DNA of 62,416 nt, the filler included, from Candidatus Woesearchaeota archaeon (GTDB taxonomy: Archaea > Nanobdellota > Nanobdellia > Woesearchaeales > GCA-2687795): assembly GCA_030753365.1 (NCBI GenBank). It is 9 parts of 9 records of this genome, joined end to end, with 100 filler letters (N's around TTAATTAATTAA, not from the genome) between each part and the next. Parts side by side here need not be neighbours in the genome. Positions count along the whole stretch, not along the records: positions 7,779 to 15,886 come from JASMCJ010000054.1; positions 15,987 to 30,821 come from JASMCJ010000056.1; 7 more parts are not named here. One strand, written 5' to 3'. Of this stretch, positions 10,022-20,376 are shown piece by piece. The notes below the pieces were generated by a model, which worked only from the letters and a program-made list of their open reading frames with translations, did no database searches and was not told the origin of the DNA. A program made the position numbers and the translations under genes. Each line of letters begins with the position of its first letter. Positions within the stretch are counted from its first letter, which is position 1.

Positions 10022-10744
10022 TTATGATTTTTTGAGGGGATTAGAATGAATTTGGTTACAATGGTTTCTTAAGAAACATTCTTCGCATTTGAGGTTTTTC
10101 TTGCAGTATTCCTTCCCAAACTGGACTAAGAGTGCATGATATTCATTGAATAGTTTAACATCTTTAGGTAAAGATAAGGTAAACATTTTTTGGAGTTCAT
10201 CATAACTAACATTCTCATCACAGTAGCCCAGCTTATGCATGATTCTCTTAGTATATGCATCAACCACAAACATTGGCTTCTGGGCAGCATAAAGTATTAT
10301 TGAATCTGCTGTCTCAGGACCAATGCCTTTTATTGATAAAAGTTCTTCTCTTAACTCTTTTATTGGCTTTTTGAAGAATAAATCAAAACTTGAATCATAA
10401 TTTCTTTCTAAATACTCACAGAACACTTTCAGCTTAACAGCCTTTTGATTGAAATAGCCTGCACTTCTTATTAAGCCTGCCAGTTCTTCCTGATTCACCT
10501 TATTTATCTTCCTTATATCTATCAACTTCTCTTTGTTAAGATTAATAATAGCTTTCTCAACATTCTTCCAGTTAGTATTCTGCGTAAGAATTGCCCCAAA
10601 ACATATCTCAAGCTTTTGAGTTTCTGTTAGTAGCTCTTTATTATGGTAAGAAGGTTTTATGCTGCCTTTCTTTGCCACAGGCCACCAGCCCTGAGCCCCG
10701 AATTTGTCATAGAACTTGGAGTATAATTGCATTAAATTGTTCAT
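10022..10744 (-). CDS. HhH-GPD / endonuclease III-like DNA glycosylase
   Basis: GAILTQNTNW, KGIGPETAD, VVDAY and a C-terminal Cys cluster. Confidence 0.88.
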   Translation of the reverse strand: MNNLMQLYSKFYDKFGAQGWWPVAKKGSIKPSYHNKELLTETQKLEICFGAILTQNTNWKNVEKAIINLNKEKLIDIRKINKVNQEELAGLIRSAGYFNQKAVKLKVFCEYLERNYDSSFDLFFKKPIKELREELLSIKGIGPETADSIILYAAQKPMFVVDAYTKRIMHKLGYCDENVSYDELQKMFTLSLPKDVKLFNEYHALLVQFGKEYCKKNLKCEECFLRNHCNQIHSNPLKKS

Positions 10745-10781
10745 GAGATTAATAATTTAAACTGAGAATAAAAAGCTTTCT

Positions 10782-12182
10782 TTATCCTGCCTTTAATGCT
10801 TCCAACCAGGCAATGAGAACTTTTTGATTAGGAATTTTTTTTCTATTTCTTACTTTAGAAATAACCCCTTCTATCCCTCCAGAGCTGTATTTATGAATAG
10901 TTTTTGCATAATCTCTCCATAATATCTTTGGAACTTTTAGACCAAAAGGTATTCTTACTTCAAAAAGGGTTTTTTTCCTTGTTCTGTCGTCTAGTACTTT
11001 TTGCGGCTCAAATAGATAACTAAATGGATGATTAGGAGTGGTATCTGAGTCAAATATTCTGACTTCCTGATTTGGGAGTTTTCTTCTTAGAGTAGTTATT
11101 GGCGGGAATTTTTCATTGAAAAGTATTCTTCTTATATAAGGCCCTCTTTCATAGCTTAAGGAAACAGTTTGATACTCTGTATCCTTAAATTCTATACAAT
11201 GGCCTTTCAGCCTATAACCTTTCTTTCCTAAGATAGATTTCAGGCTATGAGATAATGAGTCAAAAGGGTCTGTGTTTTTAGGATCAGTATTTCTCTTAGC
11301 ATTTCTTTGGACTAAAACATCATAAAATACTTTTTCTTCTTTGATAAGGTCTGTTAATTTAGGAGTATATATTTCTGGATTTTTTAATATACGCTGGCTT
11401 ATCTCAGAGAAGTTAGTGGTGTTAAAAAGATGGTCTATTAATATGTCTATATGAAGATTTGAATCATTAAAATTAAAAGGGAGGAAAACTTCAGAATCTT
11501 TAGCTTTGCCTGTGTTTAAGTAGTTCCTTATATCTTTAGGGCTTTCTTTTGCAAAGTCCATTAGGGCTGCAATATGGGTGCATACTGTGTTTATGTTTGT
11601 GTATCCTTCTTTAGTACTGTTCCATCTGAAATCCTGACAGCCACAGTAGAGGTCTGTTAGGCTTAATTCTTTGCCTTTGATGAAAGGGCCTGTTATGCTT
11701 GTAAACCAGTATTTTGACACCTCACCTTTGACGGCGTTGTCCATGGATTTTATGTTTGCAGTCATAACAACTGTGCCTGTGTAAGGGTGGTCAGTTTCTT
11801 TAGTTGGAGATATGACACCACTGCCTCCAACATTCCAGAGATTATAGCTGCCTAATTCAAAACGCATTTTTTGCTTTAGGGCAAATAACAATTCAGAAGG
11901 TTTTAATGATAAAATATCTTTTTTTATTTTTTTATTTTTTCCTTTTGGAGTTTTCTCATTAAGGGATATTTGATATTCGCCTTTTAATTCACAGAAGGAG
12001 TCTTTGCTTTCTCTTCTTGATTCCTGCCATGATTTGAGAGATGCATATTTATCTGGTTGGGTCATTTTGAAGAAACTACCTATGGCGAATGATTCTGGTG
12101 GCAGAATTATCCTTGTAGTAGGACTAGCATAATAAGTTGGGGCATACCTTCTTGCAGAGAGTTCAAGTGTTTCCTGAGGCAT
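10782..12182 (-). CDS. Hypothetical protein with SWIM-type zinc finger
   Basis: YCGCQDF...VCTHIAA fits CxC-xn-CxH. Start moved to ATG 12182 (MPQETLE) to reduce the overlap with the upstream gene. Confidence 0.6.
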   Translation of the reverse strand: MPQETLELSARRYAPTYYASPTTRIILPPESFAIGSFFKMTQPDKYASLKSWQESRRESKDSFCELKGEYQISLNEKTPKGKNKKIKKDILSLKPSELLFALKQKMRFELGSYNLWNVGGSGVISPTKETDHPYTGTVVMTANIKSMDNAVKGEVSKYWFTSITGPFIKGKELSLTDLYCGCQDFRWNSTKEGYTNINTVCTHIAALMDFAKESPKDIRNYLNTGKAKDSEVFLPFNFNDSNLHIDILIDHLFNTTNFSEISQRILKNPEIYTPKLTDLIKEEKVFYDVLVQRNAKRNTDPKNTDPFDSLSHSLKSILGKKGYRLKGHCIEFKDTEYQTVSLSYERGPYIRRILFNEKFPPITTLRRKLPNQEVRIFDSDTTPNHPFSYLFEPQKVLDDRTRKKTLFEVRIPFGLKVPKILWRDYAKTIHKYSSGGIEGVISKVRNRKKIPNQKVLIAWLEALKAG

Positions 12183-12738
12183 TTTTTTTATATGTTTTTT
12201 TAATAAAATTAAAGTTACTGGTTTTATATAATCTCTCATACTTAACATCCTCGAATCCATAACCATAATCTTCTTCAAGAGAACCAACATAATTCTTCCT
12301 AAATGAATCTATAAACTGTTGTTTAACTTTTTCGTCAAGTGAGAATAATCTTCTTTTTTGGCTTATGTCCTTATCATGATGAGGGGTATATGAAGTATCA
12401 GCATCTCTATATGTTCTTGCTCCTACTGACCTCCTATATACAACTTTATTCATTTCAGGGATAATGATTTCAAAGAATTCTTCCTTAAGGGCTTCAAAAA
12501 GCTCAGGCATCTTTTTTATTACATATCCTCCCTGAAAGATAACTGTTATCTCAGGAGCATCTAAACTTTGCATCATTTCATGAGGCATGAATATATTATG
12601 ATAACCAAAATATATTTCTCGTGATTGTCTATAATTAAACGAATCCAAATCCTTCTTCAATATGCCATAATTTTTTAGAGTGTTCAATCTAGATATTTCT
12701 TTTGGTAAGTTTCTAAATAGTTCTAATTGCTCTGCCAT
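12163..12738 (-). CDS. Hypothetical protein
   Basis: 191-aa ORF with a TATA-like box upstream; overlaps the SWIM gene by 20 nt. Confidence 0.6.
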   Translation of the reverse strand: MAEQLELFRNLPKEISRLNTLKNYGILKKDLDSFNYRQSREIYFGYHNIFMPHEMMQSLDAPEITVIFQGGYVIKKMPELFEALKEEFFEIIIPEMNKVVYRRSVGARTYRDADTSYTPHHDKDISQKRRLFSLDEKVKQQFIDSFRKNYVGSLEEDYGYGFEDVKYERLYKTSNFNFIKKTYKKNASGNT

Positions 12739-12830
12739 AACAGAGAAAAACCAAACATTATATTTAAAGGTAGCGTCTGAAAAGTGGTTATATAGGAATT
12801 TTTATTAAGTTAGTCACTTTACTACTAAAG

Positions 12831-13655
12831 ATGAAGTTTGCAATCATTGTTTCAAAGAAGGATCCTGCAGGATTAAACATCAAAAATTCCTTAATCAACC
12901 TATTCAATTTTAAAGAATTAGACGAAAAATTCGAGGAAAGTAGCATTTACGAGTTAAACAACATTAAGCTTTACACAGTAAACAAAGAATCAATCTATTG
13001 CGAAAACATTGATAAGGAAATAAATGCAGATATATTTGTATTTGCAACAAAACATCAGAGCGTAAAAGGTGTTCATTCCTTAAGTTGTCATGCGCCAGGA
13101 AACTGGAATAAAGCTGAGTTTGGAGGGGTTGATGGGAAGTTGTGTGTTGCTCCTGCTTCCTACCTTAAAGAAGCCTTCTTGATAATGAACAGACTAGGAA
13201 AAGATTTAGGGCATGAGATTACAATGGAATGCACGCATCATGGACCTTTTCTCTCTAAGCCTGCCATGTTCATAGAGATTGGCAGTCATGAAGAACAATG
13301 GATAAACAAAAAAGCCGGAGACATCATTGCAAAGACTATTGTTGAGCTTTTAGAGAAGCCTGTTAAAAAGTATAAAACTGTCACAGTCTTAGGAGGAGGG
13401 CATTATAATCATACTGCTAATAAGATTATGTTAAACTCAAACTACGCAGTAGGACACATTTGCCCTAAGTATATGTTAGAGGTTCTTAATGAAAATCTGT
13501 TGAGACAAGCTATAGAAAGGACTACACCTAAAGCTGAATTGGTTGTGCTTGATTGGAAAGGTTTGGGAGAATATAAGCAGAAAGTTGTTGGACTGATTGA
13601 AGAAATAGATACAAAATATAAGAAAGTTAAAGAGATTTTGAGCAAACCTTTATAA
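12831..13655 (+). CDS. dtdA: Archaeal D-aminoacyl-tRNA deacylase (DTD2/GEK1 family)
   Basis: SKKDPAG, SCHAPGN, ECTHHGP, FIEIGS and GGGHY motifs. Confidence 0.9.
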   Translation: MKFAIIVSKKDPAGLNIKNSLINLFNFKELDEKFEESSIYELNNIKLYTVNKESIYCENIDKEINADIFVFATKHQSVKGVHSLSCHAPGNWNKAEFGGVDGKLCVAPASYLKEAFLIMNRLGKDLGHEITMECTHHGPFLSKPAMFIEIGSHEEQWINKKAGDIIAKTIVELLEKPVKKYKTVTVLGGGHYNHTANKIMLNSNYAVGHICPKYMLEVLNENLLRQAIERTTPKAELVVLDWKGLGEYKQKVVGLIEEIDTKYKKVKEILSKPL

Positions 13656-13784
13656 ATAAAAAAGGATTTTATTCTTATATGAACTCAAGATATCATTATG
13701 TATATTCAAGTTTTAATCTGAGAGTATTATAGAGATATTTCTAGCATTTTTTAATATTATTTAAATTTATTTTGGAGGTCTAAA

Positions 13785-14738
13785 ATGGCACTTGTTAATG
13801 ACTTTAAATGGAAAAAAGGTATGAGCGTTAAAGAGCTTGTAAGTAGTTATGGGAATATTGGATTTCAAAGCATTGAACTAAAGAAAGCAAGCGATGTTAT
13901 TGTTAAAATGAAGAAAAACAATGCTAAGATATTTCTTACTTTTACTTCTAATATGGTCACTTCAGGGTTAAGAGGTTTTTTTGCGCAGGTTATCAAACTT
14001 AAAATGGCTAATGTGATTGTGACAACTGTAGGAGGCATTGAAGAAGATATTATGAAAGCAAAAGGAGAAAAATTTTCTATTGGCAGCTTTGAAAATGACG
14101 ATATTGAGCTGCATGAGAAAGGTATAAATCGTATTGGTAACCTTCTTATTAACAATGAAAGCTATATGAACTTTGAGGATTCTATCATGCCTATTCTTGA
14201 CAAACTATATGCAAAGCAAAAGCAATGGACCGTATCAGGAATGCTCAGAGAAATAGGATTAATGCTAAATGATGATAATTCTATTCTTTATCAAGCCGCT
14301 AAGAACAATGTTCCTATCTTTTGCCCTGCGGTTACTGATGGAGCGTTTGGGTTTCATCTTTATCTATTCCAGGAGAAGCATAAGGATTTTATTGTTGATG
14401 TTGTGAAGGATTTTGGAAATATTCTTTTATGTACATCACATGATGAAAAGAAGGCGGTGATTGCCTTAGGAGGAGGTGTTTCTAAGCATCATGCTATCCT
14501 TAGCACCCTTCTTAATGGAGGGGCTGAGTATGCTGTGTATATGACTACTGCGCATAAGAGTTCAGGTTCTATGAGCGGAGCTACTACTGAAGAGGCTAAG
14601 TCCTGGGGAAAGGTTAAGGATGAGAGTGATGTTGCTACTGTTATCGGTGATGTTACTATTATGTTTCCTTTGGCGATGATTAATGCGCTAGAAGAATTGG
14701 ACGAAGATGGAATTTTGAAGGAGAAAAGGGGAAAATAA
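13785..14738 (+). CDS. dys: Deoxyhypusine synthase family protein
   Basis: GFQ, FTSNMVTSGLR, TTVGGIEED, GGGVSKH, SGA and catalytic EAKSWGK. Confidence 0.92.
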   Translation: MALVNDFKWKKGMSVKELVSSYGNIGFQSIELKKASDVIVKMKKNNAKIFLTFTSNMVTSGLRGFFAQVIKLKMANVIVTTVGGIEEDIMKAKGEKFSIGSFENDDIELHEKGINRIGNLLINNESYMNFEDSIMPILDKLYAKQKQWTVSGMLREIGLMLNDDNSILYQAAKNNVPIFCPAVTDGAFGFHLYLFQEKHKDFIVDVVKDFGNILLCTSHDEKKAVIALGGGVSKHHAILSTLLNGGAEYAVYMTTAHKSSGSMSGATTEEAKSWGKVKDESDVATVIGDVTIMFPLAMINALEELDEDGILKEKRGK

Positions 14739-15772
14739 TGGAAAGACCAAAGTTTGTTTTGTCAAAGAGCAAAGCATTAGAACAATATAAGATAATTAAA
14801 AAAACCGCTGACATTATTTCTTATAGCTCAAAAACTAACCCTATTGTTACAAGCATATTAGAAGAGAACACTAATTCATTGTTTAGCATACACATAACAA
14901 ATGAGTTAAAACGTATCAAAGACAAATCAAGAGTAATATTTTTAGCACAGACTTGGAACACTGAACTTATTGACAAGCTTATCAAACAAGGGATTTCCAA
15001 ATTCATTGTTGATAATGAGAACGACCTTGATATCTTGCTTAATTACCTAAAAGAAAAGGACACTAAAATAGAACTTATGCTTAGGGTTAAGCTCAAAGAG
15101 AACTCAATCAGAACTGAGAAGTATTTTGTGTTTGGAATGCCAAGTGAAATAGTTAGCAAAAAGATAAAAGAATTAAAAGGAAATCCAAACATAACTTCAT
15201 TAGGGATACATTTTCATAGGAAAACACAGAACATGGCAGAATGGAACTTAACTTATGAAGTTTCAAACATGTTTGACAAAGACACATTAGAAAACATTAA
15301 TGTATTAAACATAGGAGGAGGACTTCCTTCTACCTATGCAAACACAAATGTTGATGTTTTTAACTCCATTTTCAAAAGAATTAATGAATTAAAGGATTTC
15401 CTTAATAAGAACAACACAAAGCTAATGATTGAACCGGGAAGGTTTATTGCTGCTCCAGCCATCAAGCTCATCACATATATCAAAGGTATCTATGAAAATA
15501 ATATTATTGTAAATGCTTCTATTTACAACTCTAACCTAGATGCATTGATTGTGCCTGTCAAATTAATTGTTGAAGGAGAACTTTCTAAAGAAAAAGGAAA
15601 GCCTTATGTTATCAAAGGAGAAACACCTTGCTCAATGGATTTGTTCAGATACAGAGTTTACCTTAACAACCCAAAGGTAGGAGATGGCATAATATTTCTT
15701 AATGCAGGAGCCTATAATTTTGCTTCTGAGTTTTGTGATTTGGAGAAGATAGAAACTGAAATAATAATATAA
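14738..15772 (+). CDS. Fold-type III PLP-dependent basic amino acid decarboxylase (Orn/Arg/Lys/DAP family)
   Basis: YSSKTN (PLP Lys), HFH, NIGGG, EPGR, CSMD, GAY; TAATG overlap with dys. Confidence 0.85.
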   Translation: MERPKFVLSKSKALEQYKIIKKTADIISYSSKTNPIVTSILEENTNSLFSIHITNELKRIKDKSRVIFLAQTWNTELIDKLIKQGISKFIVDNENDLDILLNYLKEKDTKIELMLRVKLKENSIRTEKYFVFGMPSEIVSKKIKELKGNPNITSLGIHFHRKTQNMAEWNLTYEVSNMFDKDTLENINVLNIGGGLPSTYANTNVDVFNSIFKRINELKDFLNKNNTKLMIEPGRFIAAPAIKLITYIKGIYENNIIVNASIYNSNLDALIVPVKLIVEGELSKEKGKPYVIKGETPCSMDLFRYRVYLNNPKVGDGIIFLNAGAYNFASEFCDLEKIETEIII

Positions 15773-15787
15773 GAAGGTTTGTTGAGC

Positions 15788-15886
15788 CAATAAAAAATCC
15801 CAATCGCAGCAAGCTGCGGGGTATTTTTAGTATTTAGTTTGCGTATTAAGCCGATGCAAGCATCGGGGTATAAAACCCAAACTAAA
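15788..15886 (+). repeat. 99-bp double-hairpin repeat, copy 1 (IS200/IS605-end-like non-autonomous element)
   Basis: Exact reverse complement of 28356-28454; hairpins CGCAGC-AA-GCTGCG and CCGATGC-AA-GCATCGG, each followed by GGTAT; the contig ends here. Confidence 0.85.
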
Positions 15887-15986
15887 NNNNNNNNNNNNNN
15901 NNNNNNNNNNNNNNNNNNNNNNNNNNNNNNTTAATTAATTAANNNNNNNNNNNNNNNNNNNNNNNNNNNNNNNNNNNNNNNNNNNN
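15887..15986. other. Artificial contig linker
   Basis: N/TTAATTAATTAA/N. Confidence 0.99.
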
Positions 15987-15987
15987 A

Positions 15988-16248
15988 TATTTAAGAGATA
16001 AATATAAATCTCAATTTATTAAGAAGAATAATTTTGATAGATACAATAATTTAAAAAAGAATTACAAAAAACTAACTAAAACTATTGATTCTAAAGATAA
16101 AAAGCTTATAGATTTTCTTTTAAAACAAAAATACTTGTTTAATAAGATAACAGGAATAACTAAGTTAAGTAAAAAAGAAGAAGTTTATTCTGTAAAGGTT
16201 GAAAGCAAATCTCATTCTTTTATTGCGAATGGATTTATTAACCATAAT
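15988..16248 (+). mobile_element. C-terminal part of an intein in GyrA
   Basis: Block F/G-like [22 protein letters not shown] ending His-Asn, followed by +1 Thr of TEARL; lower GC than the extein. Confidence 0.9.
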
Positions 16249-18387
16249 ACTGAAGCAAGGCTTAGCAGGATGGCGGAAGAGCTTCTTGAAGATATTAATA
16301 AAGAGACTGTTAAGTTTGTTCCTAATTATGATAATAGCAAGAATGAGCCTTCTGTGCTTCCTTCAAAGCTGCCTAATCTGCTTATTAATGGATCTTCTGG
16401 AATTGCTGTTGGAATGGCAACGAATATTCCACCTCATAATTTAAGGGAAGTGGCTGAGGGTACTATAAAAGTAATAGATAATCCTGATATAAGCCTTAAT
16501 GAGCTGAACCAAATAATTAAAGGACCTGATTTTCCTACTGGGGGAGTTATTTGCGGTAGGCATGGAATTTTTAATGCATATCTTAAAGGGAAAGGCAAGT
16601 TGCTTGTGAGAGCGAAGACTTCAGTTGAGGATGTTAAAGGCAGGAAGGCGATTATTGTTAATGAAATTCCTTATCAAGTTAATAAGTCGCAGATGATAGA
16701 ACATATTGCTGAACTTGTTAAGGATAAAAAGGTTGAAGGGATTTATGATTTAAGGGATGAGTCAGATAGAACAGGGATGAGAATTGTTATTGAGCTTAAG
16801 CAGGATGCTAATGAGGATATTGTACTTAACCAGTTGTTTAAACATAGTAGAATGCAGACTACTTTTGGAGTTAATACTCTTGCATTGGTTGATAATGCTC
16901 CTAGAATACTTAATCTAAAAGAAATGATTAGTTATTTTATAAAACATAGGCAGAAGGTTGTAAGGAAGAGAACAGAGTTTGATTTGAGGAAGGCAGAAGA
17001 TAGAGCGCATATTCTTGAAGGATTGCTTATTGCATTGGAGAGTATAGATACTATTATAGCTTCTATAAAGAAAAGTAAATCTGTTCTGGATGCAAAGGAA
17101 ATGCTGATGGAGGAGTATGAACTTTCTGAGAAACAGTCTTTGGCAATACTTGATTTGAGGCTGCAGAAATTAACTTCACTTGAACAGGAGAAGATTAAGA
17201 CTGAGCATAAAGAATTGTTAAAAGTGATTGCTGGATTGAAAGAGATTCTTGCTTCTGAGCAGAAGATACTTGATATTATTAAAGAGGAACTTTTGTATTT
17301 GAAACAGAAGTATGGCGATGAAAGAAGGACTGATATTGTTGATATGGAAGAGGAGCTTGAGATTGAAGATCTTATTGAGAGAGAGGATATGGTTGTGACA
17401 ATTACAAGGGATGGCTATATCAAAAGATTGCCTATTGATACTTATAAGCAGCAGAGAAGAGGAGGGAAAGGTATTCTTGCGACTGCTACGAAGGAGGAAG
17501 ATATTGTTGAAGATTTGTTTGTTGCTAATACACTTTCATATATATTGTTCTTTACGAATAAGGGCAGGGCGCATTGGTTAAAAGTTTATGTGATTCCTGA
17601 AGCGAGCAGGCAGGCGAGAGGTAAGGCTATTGTTAATATGCTTAATGTGGATAAGGATGAGAAGGTTACTGCTTATATCCCTGTTGAGAGTTTTGAGAAA
17701 GGGTTTATTATTATGGGCACAAAGAAAGGCACTGTTAAGAAGACTGCTCTTGAGAATTTTTCAAGGCCGAGAAAGGGAGGTATTATAGCAATAAATCTTG
17801 AAGAGAGTGACGAACTTATTAATGTGGTTCTTACAGAAGGTAACCAGCAGATATTGCTTGCTACTAAGAATGGGATGGCTGTTAAGTTTGATGAAAAGAA
17901 TGTCAGGCCTACTGGAAGAAGTTCAATGGGTGTTAGAGGTATTAGGTTGAAAGATAAGGATGAAGTTATTGGGATGGTGAAGAGTGAGGATGAAGGTACT
18001 TTGTTGACGCTTACTGAGAATGGTTATGGGAAGAGAACCAAAGTTTCCGAATATAGATTGATTAACAGGGGCGGTTCAGGAGTGAAGAATATTGTATGCT
18101 CTGAAAGAAATGGCAAGGTTATTTCCATTAAGTCTGTTACTGATGATGATGAAATTTTTATTATTAGCAGGAAGGGTGTTATTATTAGAACTTCTGCTAA
18201 AGGTATTTCTGTTATTGGAAGGAACACTCAGGGTGTGAGACTTATGAGGATGGGTAAGGATGATAAGGTTGTTGGCGCTGCTAAGGTTTTGAAAGAGGAA
18301 GAGAGTGATGATGAAGAGGAATTTGATAAAGAGATTAAAGAGGAGAGCAACGGAGAGACGTTAGAGGTTGTTGAGGGGGAAGAGTAA
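15988..18387 (+). CDS. gyrA: DNA gyrase subunit A (5' truncated, intein-containing)
   Basis: [30 protein letters not shown], GyrA-box QRRGGKG, beta-pinwheel repeats, acidic tail; the frame is open back to the contig start. Confidence 0.95.
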   Translation, partial: YLRDKYKSQFIKKNNFDRYNNLKKNYKKLTKTIDSKDKKLIDFLLKQKYLFNKITGITKLSKKEEVYSVKVESKSHSFIANGFINHNTEARLSRMAEELLEDINKETVKFVPNYDNSKNEPSVLPSKLPNLLINGSSGIAVGMATNIPPHNLREVAEGTIKVIDNPDISLNELNQIIKGPDFPTGGVICGRHGIFNAYLKGKGKLLVRAKTSVEDVKGRKAIIVNEIPYQVNKSQMIEHIAELVKDKKVEGIYDLRDESDRTGMRIVIELKQDANEDIVLNQLFKHSRMQTTFGVNTLALVDNAPRILNLKEMISYFIKHRQKVVRKRTEFDLRKAEDRAHILEGLLIALESIDTIIASIKKSKSVLDAKEMLMEEYELSEKQSLAILDLRLQKLTSLEQEKIKTEHKELLKVIAGLKEILASEQKILDIIKEELLYLKQKYGDERRTDIVDMEEELEIEDLIEREDMVVTITRDGYIKRLPIDTYKQQRRGGKGILATATKEEDIVEDLFVANTLSYILFFTNKGRAHWLKVYVIPEASRQARGKAIVNMLNVDKDEKVTAYIPVESFEKGFIIMGTKKGTVKKTALENFSRPRKGGIIAINLEESDELINVVLTEGNQQILLATKNGMAVKFDEKNVRPTGRSSMGVRGIRLKDKDEVIGMVKSEDEGTLLTLTENGYGKRTKVSEYRLINRGGSGVKNIVCSERNGKVISIKSVTDDDEIFIISRKGVIIRTSAKGISVIGRNTQGVRLMRMGKDDKVVGAAKVLKEEESDDEEEFDKEIKEESNGETLEVVEGEE

Positions 18388-18431
18388 GCTTACTGCTTTT
18401 AAATTCAAAATTTAAATAGATAATAAAAATT

Positions 18432-18869
18432 CTAGTTTGTTAAAGCTCCTAGCATGTCACTATTATCTCTGCAAGCTTTGTTAATTCTAATTAGAGCTTT
18501 TTTAACTTCTGATTCATCTTCTTTTATATTAGGAAAATCAGCTTTTTCTGCAAGGAGATCTATGTTATATATATGTTGTAGTAGAGTCTTTAGTCTTGTG
18601 AAGTCAATAGTAATGTCTGTTAATAAGTTGGATAAGTTATGAGTTATCATTAAAATTTTGTGTAAATCTTTTACTTCTCGTTTATTAAATTGCTCTACTT
18701 CTCCTTTTTTTTCTAGAATTTGTAATTCTTTTAGAAAACGTTTTGCTTGCCTTTCTCCCGTTATAGCTTTTCTTAATTCTCTTTTTTCTCCCATGAACCT
18801 AAAGGCTTTAAGATTAGAAACTACCTGCCCTTTTTGCAGGTTTATAGAACCGCCAATGAATTCACCCAT
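18432..18869 (-). CDS. Hypothetical helical protein
   Basis: 145-aa ORF with GGTGA RBS-like sequence upstream; no recognised motif. Confidence 0.55.
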   Translation of the reverse strand: MGEFIGGSINLQKGQVVSNLKAFRFMGEKRELRKAITGERQAKRFLKELQILEKKGEVEQFNKREVKDLHKILMITHNLSNLLTDITIDFTRLKTLLQHIYNIDLLAEKADFPNIKEDESEVKKALIRINKACRDNSDMLGALTN

Positions 18870-18940
18870 TTTGCTATCACCTGTTTGTTTAAGATAATAG
18901 TATATCTTTAGTGTGTCTGTTATTTAAATCTTACTACTCT

Positions 18941-19606
18941 TTATTCTTTTATTATCCCATACCATATCCAGATTACTTTGTCTGCTGCCTTGACGATGTC
19001 TTCTCCCCTGCCCTGAATGATTAGGCAGTTGCCGTCCATGGTTATCTTATTTTCATCATCTTCTTTGATGTAGATGACTGATATGTTGTTATATTGCGTG
19101 CTTTCGCATGTTACAATTGGCCTTGTGGAGCAGGCGTATGATTCGTTGTTTGAGCAGGCAGCTATAGGATTAGTTCCGAATGCCCTTGAAAGGCTTAGGG
19201 CTAGTTCTGTGCTTGCTAAGGCTACGTATGCTTTGTTTTCGCCTGGATCGAAGGTGATGTAAGTGTCTGCTGAAGGGTTGATGTCTGTGTTTTCGTTGAT
19301 ATATACAGGTACGTCTTCTGACTCTTTTGGACCAAACCTTAAGTGAATTTTGTATAGTTCGTCTCCTGACTGCCAGTCTGTGTGCCATAAGCCTGCAATT
19401 TTTATGAATGAGAATCCGTTGTAGGTATATTCTGGATATTTTTCTTCTCCTAGGAGAATTCTTAATGAGAATAGGATTGCAAGGATAGTTATTATTGCAA
19501 CGATTGCAATGAGAAAAGCTTTGTTTTGTTTTTTTTCTGTTTTTTTATCTATTATTTCTTCATCAGGCGTTTCTTTTTCTTTGCTGTTTTCCTGTTCGTT
19601 GTCCAT
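18941..19606 (-). CDS. Single-TM extracellular hypothetical protein
   Basis: N-terminal TM, YTYNGFSF, ITFDP, Cys-containing C-terminal domain; resembles the neighbouring ORF. Confidence 0.7.
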   Translation of the reverse strand: MDNEQENSKEKETPDEEIIDKKTEKKQNKAFLIAIVAIITILAILFSLRILLGEEKYPEYTYNGFSFIKIAGLWHTDWQSGDELYKIHLRFGPKESEDVPVYINENTDINPSADTYITFDPGENKAYVALASTELALSLSRAFGTNPIAACSNNESYACSTRPIVTCESTQYNNISVIYIKEDDENKITMDGNCLIIQGRGEDIVKAADKVIWIWYGIIKE

Positions 19607-19607
19607 T

Positions 19608-20198
19608 TTATTCTATTATGTTAAACATTCCATATAGGATTCTGTCAGAGATTTTTAAGAATTCATTGCCTTTACTGGCTTCAGCGATTATGCAATTATC
19701 TTCCAAGTAAACTCTGGTTGTGTTTGATTCTTTGAAGTAAAGCACTGGTACGTTCTTGGTTGATTGTGAGCAGTCTATGATTGGAATATTATAACTGTTG
19801 TTTGCTGTGAAACCTTTCCTTATGTAAATGTTGAAGAAGTCTGCTAAGATTGGTTCTATGTTGTATTGTATGAGAGCGATTTGCTGGGAGTATTTGTTGT
19901 CAAGGTCATATGTCATATCAACCTCAGCTGTATTTTTTATTCTGGTTATTGCTTCCCTGTCTATGTCAAGCTCTTCGACATCTGAAGGAAAGTAAGAGAA
20001 GGGCACCTGTTTTTTGTTGATTTGTGTTGTAAAGCCGTTGTTTATTCTTGTGAATACTGTGCCTTTGTAGTCTAGTTTTTCTTCAGGGCTTGTGAAGCCG
20101 TAGAACATTACACCAAAGACTGAGCTTATCATGATAAAGCCTATGAAGGCTGCCCAGATTATTTTTGCTTTATTGTTTTCCCTTCTCATTTTGTACAA
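19608..20198 (-). CDS. Single-TM extracellular hypothetical protein (paralogue-like of neighbour)
   Basis: N-terminal TM; PIIDC...VLYFKE...NCII mirrors PIVTC...VIYIKE...NCLI of 18941-19606. Confidence 0.7.
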   Translation of the reverse strand: MYKMRRENNKAKIIWAAFIGFIMISSVFGVMFYGFTSPEEKLDYKGTVFTRINNGFTTQINKKQVPFSYFPSDVEELDIDREAITRIKNTAEVDMTYDLDNKYSQQIALIQYNIEPILADFFNIYIRKGFTANNSYNIPIIDCSQSTKNVPVLYFKESNTTRVYLEDNCIIAEASKGNEFLKISDRILYGMFNIIE

Positions 20199-20376
20199 TG
20201 GTTTATGCTGAGGTTTTTATATCTTTTTATATTATCACCTTGTAGAATCCCTTTCTCGGTAAATAAATGGAGGTAAGATTCCATAGGGCCCAAATCAGAA
20301 AAATTAGAGATATGAACACTAACAAATAAGAAACATTAAATATAAACAGTTAAAACCAAACAAAAAGGGTATTGTT

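Noticed and set aside
20203..20330. Stop-free minus-strand stretch (..VHISNFSDLGPMESYLHLFTEKGILQGDNIK..) at the cassette edge
   Set aside because: Short, with no convincing start or recognisable family. It may be a gene remnant but cannot be supported.
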